Source of the DNA: Promethearchaeati archaeon
GTDB taxonomy: Archaea; Asgardarchaeota; Heimdallarchaeia; JABLTI01
Direction of reading: 5' to 3'
Assembly: GCA_013166835.1 (NCBI GenBank)
Contig: JABLTI010000005.1
Span: forward strand, 1 to 55,879
Length of the DNA: 55,879 nt
The position numbers and the translations under genes were made by a program. Below the pieces are notes generated by a model. That model had not been told where the DNA came from, did not search any database, and saw only the letters and a program-made list of their open reading frames with translations. Shown here one piece after another: positions 29,401-38,052 of this stretch (the stretch's first letter is position 1; every line of letters begins with the position of its first letter).

Positions 29401-32400
29401 TATTGACTATTTGCTTTTGCCATTCAACAGGAGAAGATACTTGCTTACACAATAATGGAACTATTTTGTCTCTTCCTTCTGGATAAATTTCACCAGTTAC
29501 GTTACTTGAAATTGGAATTATCGATTTATTATAAGTTAGAGGCTCAATCGATTTTCTGTATGCTTGAATAGCAGGTTTCACAATGTCAGAGTGAAAAGCA
29601 GCTGATACAGGTAAAGGAATTGCAGTTATACCTTCTTCAGTAAACAATTTTATTGCTTCTTTTATTGCAGATGATGCTCCAGATATAACAGTTTGTTTTG
29701 GTGAATTCTTATTAGCAGCAATCACATAACCTTTAACTTTCTTCAGTATCTTCTCTACTTGTTCATACCCAGCACCAACACCTGCCATCATTCCTTTATC
29801 CATTGCTTGGAGTGAAGCCATTGCTTGACCTCTTGGAATAATAGCTAATATTCCATCTCTGAAACTAAATATTCCTGAAGCAACCAATGCTGCATATTCA
29901 CCCATACTGTGTCCTGCCACAAAATCAGGTTTTATTCCAAATTGAATTAGAAGTCTGAATATGGCTATATCAAGAACGAAAATTGCTGGTTGAGTTATTT
30001 CTGTTTGCTTTAATAACTCTATTACTTCTTCATCACTTTTGTTTACAGCGAAAATAATCTCTGAGATTTTGAAACCTAACAACTCTTCCATTATTTCATC
30101 TGCTTCTTTGAATGTGGAACGAACAATTTCGAATCTTTCGTAAAGTTCTCTACCCATTCTAACATATTGGCTTCCTTGTCCTGGAAATAGAAAAGCAATT
30201 TTTCCGAGTTTGTGATCTTCGCCATAAAATATTCCCTTATTTCTCAGAATGGTTCGTTTCTCTTTGCTTTTCAAGCCACTCAATAATTGATCAATTGAAC
30301 TTGATAATTCAGTTAATGAGTTACAAGTAATTCCAGCTCTAACAGGTTTCTTAAGTGATTTAGTTGAATCAAAAGCAATTTCCCGAACACGTGGACCTAT
30401 ACCATCAATCGCAAAACTACTTGATATTTGTTTATTCTTAAGCTCAAGAATGCTTTTCTCTAATTCAGCTTCGGTTTCTCCACCAAAGAATATTGCATCG
30501 GTTTCTAGTGTTTTATATTGTTTCAAATACTCTTGCCATTTTTCTTGATTCAAAATTATATCAAATTCTTGTTTTACTGGAGAAACATCTGGAGAAATCT
30601 TGACACCAGCTAATAATCTTTGTAATTCTGATGGGCTAATAAGTGTTGGTAGATGACCTTTGGTTTTACCAGGAATATATTCTTCTATAATTGTATGGTA
30701 ATTTGTTCCACCAAACCCGAAGGAGGAAACTCCTGCAATACGTGTTCCTGTTTTTGGTTCAATCCATTTTTGACTCTTAGTATTGACAAAAAATGGTGAG
30801 ATATCCCAATTGATGTTTGGATTTGGAATCTCAAAATTAATTGAAGGAGGTAATATTTTGTGATGGAGAGCTAAAGCGACTTTAATTAATGAAGCAATTC
30901 CGGCAGCACTTTTAAGATGACCAATTTGACTTTTTATTGAACCAAGAGCAATAGATGAATAAGGAGCTTTTTCTGCGAGTTCATTTAGAACTTGTAATTC
31001 TATTACATCTCCAACAGTAGTACTGGTTCCGTGGGCTTCGACCAATTGAAGATCAGAAAAGACCACATCAGCTTGGTCTAAAGCTCTTTGTATTGCTAAT
31101 TTTTGACCAATAGGATTTGGAGCAGTAATTCCCTTACCTTTTCCATCAGAAGAGGAACCAAGACCTCTTACTACAGCATAAATTTTATGTCCATCTTTAA
31201 TAGCGTCAGATAATCGTTTAAGGACAATAAAACCAGCTCCTTCACCCATTACAAAACCATTTGCTCGTTTATCAAATGGGTAAGAACCATCGGCTGCTAA
31301 AGCCCCTATTTTAGAGAATTTTATAAAAGTTGTTGGATCAAGAGAACAATCAGCTCCACCACAAAGAGCAATGTCACATTCTTTATCCAGAAGTCCTTTA
31401 GCTGCAACGTTTAATGCAGCTAAGCTGGATGCACATGCTGCGTCTGTCGTCATATTTTTACCACGTAGATTGAAGACATTAGCAATTCTACCTGCAATAA
31501 CATTCGATAATTCTCCAGGCATTGAATCTTCATTTAATGGTTTCAATCGCAAATCAAAATCATCTTCTACAAATCTCTTGATGTCAGCCCATAGTTTGGG
31601 ATCCATGTCTTTGAAAGAGGATGATCTTTCAATTGCGTTAAAAGTTTCTGGGAGAAAGATTCTTCTTGAATAATGAGAACGAATTTCATCACCCATTGAA
31701 TTACCAATTATTATTGCGGTATTACTATGATCTACAGTTTTCCCAAGCAATCCTGCATCCATTAAAGCTTCTTTCGCTGCTACAAGAGCGAATTTCTGCA
31801 CTTCGCCCATTGTTATGGCAACTTTAGGTGGAATTTTAAATTCCAAGGAATCAAATGTGAAGTTTTTAATTGTAGCTGCAATTTTTGCATAAGTTTTGCC
31901 AGGGGCATTTCTATCCGCACTATAAAATAAGTCTAAATCATTTAACCAACGTTCTTTGGGTATTTCATGTATAGAATTCACTTTCTTCTTAATATTCTTC
32001 CAATAAGTCTCAATATTTGGAGCGTCAGGTAAAACACATCCAAGACCAATTATCGCTACACCTTCTCCCTCGAATATTTCTGTATTTACTATTTGTGAAT
32101 TTGACTCCACAGTAATCGTTTGTTGCTGTATTACAGGTTGTTTGGTTATTTTGGACATTTTCTCGAATTTTTCAAGTAATTCTGTAATTCTACCCATTAG
32201 CACTTTCTGTGAATTTCCAACTAATTCTTTATGTAAATGATCGATAGATCTTATACAACGAAGACTCGTGACAATTTGACCAATAAGGTAATTTCCTTTT
32301 TGGTACTGAATTTTTTCATCAACATACATGAATCTATTTGGTTTATCATCTTCTCCATCTGGATTCCAAATTTCTCCAAGTGCAGCAATTCTTGTTGCTC

Positions 32401-34249
32401 CTAGATTGTCTCTTTCATACTGATGTTTTCTCTCTTTTAATGGAACACCTTGTTCTATTCTATCGTGTTCTCTTTTTATAATTTCACGAGCACATGGTGT
32501 TGGTATTGATCTTGCTCGAGTGTTTACAGTATCGCCTAAAACCATTGTTTCCTTAGCGTTGAGAGCTAATTGCTGATATAATGGTTGAATTGCACCTGTC
32601 CCAACGATTTCTTTAACTAGAATGTATGCGGAACCAACCCACATTATTCCATTCATTAATTTTGGCAATGCTGATGCAATAATTCCTGCAATTGCTGCAG
32701 AAAATCTATCACCAATTCCACCTGCAAATGCTACAGTTACTTTTTGATTGCTTTGCTCAATAGACTCTTTTTGTTGTATTAGTTGATGTAAAGAAAGCTC
32801 CCACAAAACAAAACTGGTTAAGAAACCAATATGACCACCACATTCCATTCCTTCCAGAACGAGATTTTTAACATCTGATTTGATAGCTTCTGCAAAAATA
32901 ATTGGAGACGGTGTATGAAGAAACGTCTTAATTCCATAACTCATTACTTCTTTCGCATGATCAATAGTTCCAGCAGCTACAACAGCAAATGAAGGCTTAG
33001 TTTCTTTCAATATTTCAAGGTGTGCATCTCGAGCAGTTTTATTTGCATCCAAACAAATAATTCCACAACCAAATGGTTTTCCACCTAATTTTTCTTTTGT
33101 CTTTTTAATGAGAGTTCTGGTTTGATTTGGGAAAAGTGATCCTAAAGCTAGGATTGGTAATGCGCCTGCGTCGGAAATAACTTTAGCAAAAGTGGGATTT
33201 TCAGAAATATTTGCCATTGGACCTTGAATAATTGGGTATTTGATTCCTAATTCTTTTGCAATTTCATTTTTTTTCCTAAATGGATAATTTGTAACTGCAT
33301 TCCTGATTTGCTTCTCAGTTTGCTTCAATAATCCGTTAATTATTCCTAATACATTAGAAAACTTACTAGTCAGAATTTTGGCAAAAGGAACATCTTGTCC
33401 TAGTGGAATTAAACAATTAGAAAGATCATCTTTTTCAAACATCTCTCTTTGAGATAATAATTGTTCAGTGAATTGTTTTGTTCTTTCCTTCTTAGTTAGT
33501 TTAAGCAATTCCTTTTCTTTCTGTTGGAATTCTTTGACGACTCTTGTTCCTAATCTTGCATATACTCGGTATTTATTTTTGGTTGATTCACCTAGTACTT
33601 TAGTATCAGTCGCATCTAATTTTTCTATAAATTCTTTTGCATTTTTAGATAAGGGACTTTCAGGTGTAAGGTACAACTGTGAATCAAGAATGACCCCTTT
33701 AGCTCCTATACCAATAATTGCTGGAACAGTGTATAAACCCATACCACCTTGAATTATGAATGGTAATCCTGCATCAGCGAATTGCTGAGATAGAATAAAT
33801 GAAGTTTCATCACCAACACGACCTGCTGCTTCATTGCCTTTTACAATAAATGCCTGAGCCCACTTCTTCTCATATGCTTCTTTTAGAGAAATTACTTCGG
33901 CTAATAATACAATTGATTTTTTAGATGCATTGTTCAAATCACTTTTTGTTAATTGAAAATCACCAATTACAAGGATTAATGGAAAAGAGTCATTGTGGAG
34001 TTTTAAAACTAAATCTAGTTGTTCGTGATCACAAACCCTGACCCCAAAAGAACTTGTAAATTCTGTCAAACTGTTCTGTAAGAGTTGTTCTGATTCTTGT
34101 TGAAGAAGTCGTTCCAAGTCAACAAAACCAATTCCACCTGCATTTATGACTGCTTTAACTAAACTAGTGTTTAGCAATCCAGGGGGATTATATGCAAAAA
34201 TTGGTTTACGTTCACTTATGATAGATTCAAAATCATATTTTGGTGCCAT
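23450..34249 (-). CDS. Type I FAS/PKS megasynthase (Pfa-like): ER-ER-KS-AT-KS-ACP-ACP-KR-DH-PPTase, 3599 aa
   Basis: Two FabK/PfaD-like FMN barrels (KGNEAAG; YPIIQGPM, EGMECGGH). KS1 DAAC939, EAH1073GTST, GHLK. AT FPGQGSQ, GHS1448MG, AFHS. KS2 NAAC2046, SH2194ETY, GHAMG. Two LGIDTVKQAE ACPs. KR TGGALGI, SSVAG.YGN.GQ.DY. DH H3101RFDNIPFLPG. PPTase SITHS, GIDLE, WVAKEA. Confidence 0.93.
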   Translation of the reverse strand: MAPKYDFESIISERKPIFAYNPPGLLNTSLVKAVINAGGIGFVDLERLLQQESEQLLQNSLTEFTSSFGVRVCDHEQLDLVLKLHNDSFPLILVIGDFQLTKSDLNNASKKSIVLLAEVISLKEAYEKKWAQAFIVKGNEAAGRVGDETSFILSQQFADAGLPFIIQGGMGLYTVPAIIGIGAKGVILDSQLYLTPESPLSKNAKEFIEKLDATDTKVLGESTKNKYRVYARLGTRVVKEFQQKEKELLKLTKKERTKQFTEQLLSQREMFEKDDLSNCLIPLGQDVPFAKILTSKFSNVLGIINGLLKQTEKQIRNAVTNYPFRKKNEIAKELGIKYPIIQGPMANISENPTFAKVISDAGALPILALGSLFPNQTRTLIKKTKEKLGGKPFGCGIICLDANKTARDAHLEILKETKPSFAVVAAGTIDHAKEVMSYGIKTFLHTPSPIIFAEAIKSDVKNLVLEGMECGGHIGFLTSFVLWELSLHQLIQQKESIEQSNQKVTVAFAGGIGDRFSAAIAGIIASALPKLMNGIMWVGSAYILVKEIVGTGAIQPLYQQLALNAKETMVLGDTVNTRARSIPTPCAREIIKREHDRIEQGVPLKERKHQYERDNLGATRIAALGEIWNPDGEDDKPNRFMYVDEKIQYQKGNYLIGQIVTSLRCIRSIDHLHKELVGNSQKVLMGRITELLEKFEKMSKITKQPVIQQQTITVESNSQIVNTEIFEGEGVAIIGLGCVLPDAPNIETYWKNIKKKVNSIHEIPKERWLNDLDLFYSADRNAPGKTYAKIAATIKNFTFDSLEFKIPPKVAITMGEVQKFALVAAKEALMDAGLLGKTVDHSNTAIIIGNSMGDEIRSHYSRRIFLPETFNAIERSSSFKDMDPKLWADIKRFVEDDFDLRLKPLNEDSMPGELSNVIAGRIANVFNLRGKNMTTDAACASSLAALNVAAKGLLDKECDIALCGGADCSLDPTTFIKFSKIGALAADGSYPFDKRANGFVMGEGAGFIVLKRLSDAIKDGHKIYAVVRGLGSSSDGKGKGITAPNPIGQKLAIQRALDQADVVFSDLQLVEAHGTSTTVGDVIELQVLNELAEKAPYSSIALGSIKSQIGHLKSAAGIASLIKVALALHHKILPPSINFEIPNPNINWDISPFFVNTKSQKWIEPKTGTRIAGVSSFGFGGTNYHTIIEEYIPGKTKGHLPTLISPSELQRLLAGVKISPDVSPVKQEFDIILNQEKWQEYLKQYKTLETDAIFFGGETEAELEKSILELKNKQISSSFAIDGIGPRVREIAFDSTKSLKKPVRAGITCNSLTELSSSIDQLLSGLKSKEKRTILRNKGIFYGEDHKLGKIAFLFPGQGSQYVRMGRELYERFEIVRSTFKEADEIMEELLGFKISEIIFAVNKSDEEVIELLKQTEITQPAIFVLDIAIFRLLIQFGIKPDFVAGHSMGEYAALVASGIFSFRDGILAIIPRGQAMASLQAMDKGMMAGVGAGYEQVEKILKKVKGYVIAANKNSPKQTVISGASSAIKEAIKLFTEEGITAIPLPVSAAFHSDIVKPAIQAYRKSIEPLTYNKSIIPISSNVTGEIYPEGRDKIVPLLCKQVSSPVEWQKQIVNMYEKEGVRTFIEIGPKYVLTSFARAILEDKNDFIALAACHPKKGEMQHLSEVIAALGSFGFPLKIPKLDDSFYTQEFKKPLERFLEKKPKQQLVSAVSPPIETRTQIIHKESPFDVLETQELVEVISDDSFTDYLELQAPAIRAFLKAGFDTYKSTIAEALKEKREFDKLNINTEAIGITGISIGLPGKDRKVFGDSNFDDILAGENFIDLIPMNMREKMVDKNIVRLVKDAVNGAQFQTISDVGEVIKLAAQKGQFDLSKEYGVDADFTDLLDITFQLAFAAGIEALRDAGIPLMPLKVKTSVGKEIVKGWALPESLRNETGIVFASAFPAYSNLISVLSEFLADKYKTKNKEEIHLLFDELIEQISDKKSKDRMLQWYQENKTQITSDKDSRFQFSRKFLFEILSMGHSQFAQFIRARGPNTQVNAACSSTTQAIAIAEDWIRTGRCQRVIVIAADDVTNEEMLEWISSGFLAVGAATTKEDVKEAALPFDKRRHGMIIGMGAVGVIIESESAIQTRGIKPIVDLLGTHIVNSAFHGTRLDREHISSQMDEFISIIERRFNISREEMAKEMVFVSHETYTPARGGSASAEVDALRKTFGSMLDRIVIANTKGFTGHAMGAGIEDVVAIKILEKGIVPPVANWKELDPELGPLNLSKGGKYNVKYALRFAAGFGSQLTMALFRLNTSSGRLEGQAYGQWLNDIGGSRKTLEVVKRTLRLKEDPSIVKQEQVFPVSIPLKGVVANGAIVKSIIDLISEKTGYPSDMIEPDMNLEEDLGIDTVKQAELFGIFRTQYDLPREEGVRIQDYSTVNKIAAYLASKITSPIAKPSEAQTSVAQPSAEVKGEQVVSLEGKKDEIIHEVLSLIAEKTGYPADMIESDMELEEDLGIDTVKQAEMLGIIRSKWNLPREEGIQIQDYSTVNKIADYILSRIDKALQPSTAAIATTVSEIKDDYVPAQRLTLQLIDAPMPKIEKLKLKDKKFIVAGEASPFTNEIIAQLENKKVILVKHIDLKSQNTRDKILKELPEEVIDGLIYIEPKTTQSNKHDRTARIFFTLCRDVKYSESPMILTICKTETSFGWEGKYSPISGSLTGLTKAIAREFTNSIVKCVSCSNPKFAIEELYAGDGSLEVSYTEEGKRKVFITVESPIEPTEQPFTIAKDELVLITGGALGITYEITRELARKYQLKLALIGIEELPDKITEIAKYDQERLAQLKEQLISDLKQNNDRVTPVLIEKEWSKISKAIDIEKAKEELASLGSEVKYYTTNVVNPEQMKSTIDQIRLDFNQEIIGIIHGAGLEISRLIKDKKPEEFDLVYNVKAIGLDNLLQNVNLKKVKFIKCFSSVAGRYGNAGQVDYSAANDYLSKNCWQLRSTGIRATSICWSAWGEVGMATRGSVMTILKHAGVTPITVKDGVKAFINELEFGLEPEVVIAGKIGILMESPSKYLSVDKKLYPLIGKIKRNYDGSIVTERNFSLEDDLYLNHHRFDNIPFLPGVIGLEIFAELTKIAFPKAKLVGFNDVEFKSAIKFTNDKSRILKTRIDYSTKNPKCVIFSEFIKDGAVVGKPNTHFTAEVILGSRKEESATKPKLHPKELVSKETIYSILPHGPLFHVLREINDFKQDIITKVSTSDKNQFSFENKGFTIDPLIIESAFQSMGLLDIIKNSKLGLPFGIKSLVINKATEPAAFIRGSKIKDSELGSIYNFEVLSKTGQVLLKAEEYSTVQVDFGAEISQAQEIQIERLRRLFEIPKEAILEVVNVEQLSKKIESENDYLDKFLHADEKTKYESLTVEKRRKEWIAGVIAIKLALRKINPNIQLSKIKIEKNEQGKPFIILNKKHISLSITHSNGFAVGIVDPNNNTGIDLEIKVKRDNSFVDELISSKEKELINNQQKEINEELLTKIWVAKEAASKVLGTGLKIDLHDLIISKIKDKEIVLEIDSTKISTIDNQFLKTHLKGKSQLELKAKIDQNDEFVAAICQLPLK

Positions 34250-34295
34250 TTTTCTATCTCCTGATTAGTAAATATTTGATAGTGATTTTGTGAGC

Positions 34296-35903
34296 TTAAA
34301 GGGGTACATTCCCGTGTTTTTTGTTTAGCTTTCGTTCTCTCTTTCGTAATAAAGGCCATAATGCGGCTATCAATTTTTGACGAGTCTCACTTGGGATTAT
34401 AACATCATCAATATAGCCTTTCTCAGCTGCAAGATATGGATTATTAAATTCTTCGGCATAATCATCCTTCAAATCAGCCATCAAGTCCTCTTGATTCTCA
34501 GCTGCTGCTAGTTCTCTTCTGTATAGAATTTGAACAGCGCCCTCTGAACCCATAACAGCGATTTCTGCTGTTGGCCAAGCAAAATTCATGTCATTTGCTA
34601 AATGCTTTGAACCCATAACAATGTAAGCCCCACCATAGGCTTTTCTTGTAATAACAGTTAATTTTGGAACAGTAGCTTCTGCATAAGCAAAGATAAGTTT
34701 TGCACCATGTTTAATTATTCCATTGTGTTCTTGGTCTAATCCAGGTAGGAATCCTGGCACATCAACAAAAGTGAGAATAGGAATATTGAACGCATCACAG
34801 AAACGAATGAAACGAGCCGCTTTAACTGAAGCATTGATATCTAAAGCTCCTGCAAGGATACTTGGTTGATTAGCGACGATCCCTATTGGGTGTCCATTTA
34901 ATCTACCAAATCCAATAATGATATTTTGAGCATACTTTTTCTGTATTTCTAAAAAGTTACCTCGATCAACAACTCGAAGAATTATTTCTCTCATATTGTA
35001 TGGTTCTTGGGGATCACTGGGTATAATTGAATTTAGTTCTTCAAGAACATACCCATTTATAGTTGAAGTATCTTTCAAAGGAGGATCTTCTAAATTGTTG
35101 GAAGGTAAATAAGAGAGAAGCGCTTTGATGAGCTCAATGGATTCAATCTCATCGGAACCGACCAGATGAGCAATCCCAGATAGCGAACTATGTGTGGACG
35201 CTCCACCGAGTTCTTCAAAGGACGCTTCCTCTCCAGTCACAGATTTTACTACTGTGGGACCAGTGACAAACATATAAGAAGTATCTTCTGTCATGATGAC
35301 AAAATCTGTAAGAGCTGGGGAGTATACTGCACCACCAGCAGATGGACCGACAATACAAGATATTTGAGGAATAATTCCAGAAGCACGAACATTTCTTATG
35401 AAAATGTCTCCGTAACCTGCTAAAGAATTAGCTCCTTCTTGAATTCTTGCTCCACCAGAATCATTAAAACCTATAACTGGTGCACCATTTTGCACTGCTT
35501 GATCCATTAATTGAGTTATTTTTTTAGCGTGAGCTTCACCAAGACTTCCACCGAGAATAGTAAAATCTTGACTATAGACATAAATTAGTTTACCATTTAC
35601 TTGACCGAAACCTGTAATTACACCATCTGTGTATATTTTCTTTTTATCTAAACCGAAATTTCTGCTATTATGTCTTACAAACATATTGGTTTCTGTGAAT
35701 GAACCTGGATCAAGTAACAAATCTATTCTTTGACGAGCTGTTAGTTTACCTTTTGCTAACTGCTTCTGAATAGCTTCTTCTCCGCCACCTAATAGAGCTT
35801 CTTCCCTTTTTTCAATTAATTTGTTTATTTTTTTCTTTGATGAGTCCTCTTCAGACAGCATATCATCTGCCCTTTCAAGCTCTGATTTCAAATTCATATT
35901 CAT
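34296..35903 (-). CDS. pccB: Acyl-CoA carboxylase carboxyltransferase subunit (PccB/AccD-like)
   Basis: GKLTARQRI, QDFT.LGGSLG, DSGGARIQEG, DVPGFLPG..QE, KAYGGAY, KKHGNVPL. Confidence 0.92.
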   Translation of the reverse strand: MNMNLKSELERADDMLSEEDSSKKKINKLIEKREEALLGGGEEAIQKQLAKGKLTARQRIDLLLDPGSFTETNMFVRHNSRNFGLDKKKIYTDGVITGFGQVNGKLIYVYSQDFTILGGSLGEAHAKKITQLMDQAVQNGAPVIGFNDSGGARIQEGANSLAGYGDIFIRNVRASGIIPQISCIVGPSAGGAVYSPALTDFVIMTEDTSYMFVTGPTVVKSVTGEEASFEELGGASTHSSLSGIAHLVGSDEIESIELIKALLSYLPSNNLEDPPLKDTSTINGYVLEELNSIIPSDPQEPYNMREIILRVVDRGNFLEIQKKYAQNIIIGFGRLNGHPIGIVANQPSILAGALDINASVKAARFIRFCDAFNIPILTFVDVPGFLPGLDQEHNGIIKHGAKLIFAYAEATVPKLTVITRKAYGGAYIVMGSKHLANDMNFAWPTAEIAVMGSEGAVQILYRRELAAAENQEDLMADLKDDYAEEFNNPYLAAEKGYIDDVIIPSETRQKLIAALWPLLRKRERKLNKKHGNVPL

Positions 35904-35974
35904 ATCTCCTGTTCACAGTCTAATGCCAAACTGTATACTGAAACGACCTTTAGCTAATCAAAAACGTATCTTGT

Positions 35975-36029
35975 TTTTACTGTAAAAGCATATTTTCTGA
36001 TGATTCAGCATTTTACAGTTTTACTGTAA
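35975..36029. promoter_or_regulatory. Repeated palindromic TTTTACWGT sites in the divergent pccB/accC promoter
   Basis: TTTTAC-T-GTAAAA (35975-35987) and TTACAGT-TTT-ACTGTAA (36013-36029); TTTTACTGTAA occurs twice. Confidence 0.5.
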
Positions 36030-36074
36030 CATATCGTTAGTCTTAATAGCAAAGCCCTTCTTGCAGAAAGTATC

Positions 36075-37547
36075 ATGTTTGATACTCTGTTAGTAGCTAA
36101 CAGAGGTGAAATTGCTGTTAGAATTATTCGAGCTGCTCGTGAGCTCGATATTAAGACTTATGCAGTTTATAGCCCTGTTGACAAGAATGCACTTCACGTG
36201 AAATTAGCAGATGAATCTTTCCCTTTAATGGAAGATGGAGTCACACCAAGTTACTTAGATATAGATCAAATATTGGCTTGCTGTTTACGTGAAAACATAA
36301 CGAGTGTTCATCCAGGATATGGTTTTCTCTCTGAGAGTGAAATCTTTGCAGAGACTTTGATTAAACATGGAGTTAATTTCATAGGACCTCCACCAAAAGT
36401 GATTGAACTTCTTGGTAATAAGGTCAAGTCTCGGGAAAAAGCAGTTGAAGTTGGTTTACCAGTCCCACTAGGATCAGAAATTATTGAAAATGAGAGACAT
36501 GGGATTAAAGAGGCTAGATTAATCGGTTATCCAGTTCTTGTAAAAGCAGTTTTTGGTGGGGGTGGAATGGGCATTCAACGAGCCAGAACACCCAGAGAGT
36601 TGAGAATTGCAATATCAAATGCAAGTGCACAAGCGAAGTCTGCTTTTGGACGAGGAGATGTTTTCTTAGAGAAATTTATTGAGCAACCAAGACACATTGA
36701 ATTTCAAATTCTTGCAGATAACTATGGAAATGTAGTTCACTTAGGAGAAAGAGAATGCTCAATTCAAAGAAGAAATCAGAAATTACTTGAGGAAGCTCCA
36801 TCCACAGCAATCTCCAAAGAAGAAAGAAAAAGCATTGGAACTTTGGTTTGTAAACTTGCGAAAAAATTAGGGTATAAAAGTGCTGGAACAATTGAATTTC
36901 TGTACAAGGATAATCAAGTTATGTTTAATGAAATTAATCCACGAATTCAAGTTGAACATCCTGTTACTGAAATGTTAACTGGAAAGGATATTGTAAAAGA
37001 ACAAATCAAAATAGCTCAAGGAGAAGAATTATCTTTTAAGCAATCTGACATCAAATTCAGAGGTCATGCAATGGAACTTCGGATAAACGCTGAGGATCCA
37101 TTACAGAATTTTCAACCTACTCCAGGGTACGTCAGTAGATTTGTAGCTCCCGGTGGACCGCATATTAGATTTGACACAGCTATTTACGAAGGATATGAAA
37201 TTCCTGATTGTTATGATTCATTAATTGGAAAATTAATTGTAAGTGCAGAATCTCGGGAAGAAGTAATCTCCCGGGCGCAGAATGCTCTAAAAGAACTAAT
37301 TATTATTGGTTTCCCAAACAACATTACATTCTTTGATCAGCTGCTTCAAGATCGACACTTCCAGCAAGGAGACATTAGTATCAACTTCATAGAAGATAGA
37401 AAGATCCTTATGAAATTGGAAAAGAACGTTTGTGCGTTAGCTTCAGCCTTATTTGCTGTTGGACTAAAGAAAAGCCAAATGAATTTACCCAGCCTTTCAG
37501 AAAATTGGCGAATGAAAGGAAAGATGGATGGAATTGGGAGGGACTAA
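36075..37547 (+). CDS. accC: Biotin carboxylase subunit
   Basis: ANRGEIA.R, HPGYGFLSE, KAV.GGGG.G, ERECSIQRRNQK, RIQVEH, YDS.IGKL. Confidence 0.93.
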   Translation: MFDTLLVANRGEIAVRIIRAARELDIKTYAVYSPVDKNALHVKLADESFPLMEDGVTPSYLDIDQILACCLRENITSVHPGYGFLSESEIFAETLIKHGVNFIGPPPKVIELLGNKVKSREKAVEVGLPVPLGSEIIENERHGIKEARLIGYPVLVKAVFGGGGMGIQRARTPRELRIAISNASAQAKSAFGRGDVFLEKFIEQPRHIEFQILADNYGNVVHLGERECSIQRRNQKLLEEAPSTAISKEERKSIGTLVCKLAKKLGYKSAGTIEFLYKDNQVMFNEINPRIQVEHPVTEMLTGKDIVKEQIKIAQGEELSFKQSDIKFRGHAMELRINAEDPLQNFQPTPGYVSRFVAPGGPHIRFDTAIYEGYEIPDCYDSLIGKLIVSAESREEVISRAQNALKELIIIGFPNNITFFDQLLQDRHFQQGDISINFIEDRKILMKLEKNVCALASALFAVGLKKSQMNLPSLSENWRMKGKMDGIGRD

Positions 37548-37549
37548 TA

Positions 37550-38026
37550 TTGGAGAAGAAGTATAAAGTACGATTGCATGGGTCAGAATTTGATTTAGAG
37601 CAAACTAAGAAAGGAATCAAAGTAAATAATTATCAATTTAAGCCTGAAGTTATTTTCAACGGGAAATTCTACCGTGTTTTTGTAAATGGCAGAGAACTGA
37701 AAGTGGAATTTAGAGATAATGATATTTTATTGGATGGCAAAATTATTGATTTTGATTTCAAATCAGATCCACATATACAAACAAGAAAAGGTTCTATTCA
37801 CAGGAAAAGTGCAGACATACTTGCAGCTATTCCCGGAAAAATTGTGGATATTAGGGTGAACGAAGGAGATGAGGTAGCAGATCAACAATGTCTGCTAGTT
37901 TTGGAATCAATGAAAATGAGAAATGAAATACTCTCACCAATGGCAGGTGTAATCGACAGTATTTCTGTAAGTATTGGTGATCAAGTAAAATCTAGACAAT
38001 TAATGATTAAGATAAAATTAAAATAA
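37550..38026 (+). CDS. accB: Biotin carboxyl carrier protein
   Basis: ESMKM biotinylation motif. Start placed at the TTG at 37550, after GGGAGGGA and just after the accC stop. Confidence 0.88.
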   Translation: MEKKYKVRLHGSEFDLEQTKKGIKVNNYQFKPEVIFNGKFYRVFVNGRELKVEFRDNDILLDGKIIDFDFKSDPHIQTRKGSIHRKSADILAAIPGKIVDIRVNEGDEVADQQCLLVLESMKMRNEILSPMAGVIDSISVSIGDQVKSRQLMIKIKLK

Positions 38027-38052
38027 CGAATTAAAACAGGAAGAAATCAAGT

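Noticed and set aside
24339-33752. Multiple short ORFs inside the megasynthase
   Set aside because: Shadow ORFs overlapping a motif-rich long CDS, with no recognisable domains.
37430-37549. ORF-track N-terminal extension of BCCP
   Set aside because: Overlaps accC by 118 nt; a TTG with a good RBS lies at 37550.
34296-38026. Carboxylase as evidence for an autotrophic 3HP/4HB cycle
   Set aside because: No other cycle genes are in the window, and linkage to the megasynthase points to extender-unit supply.
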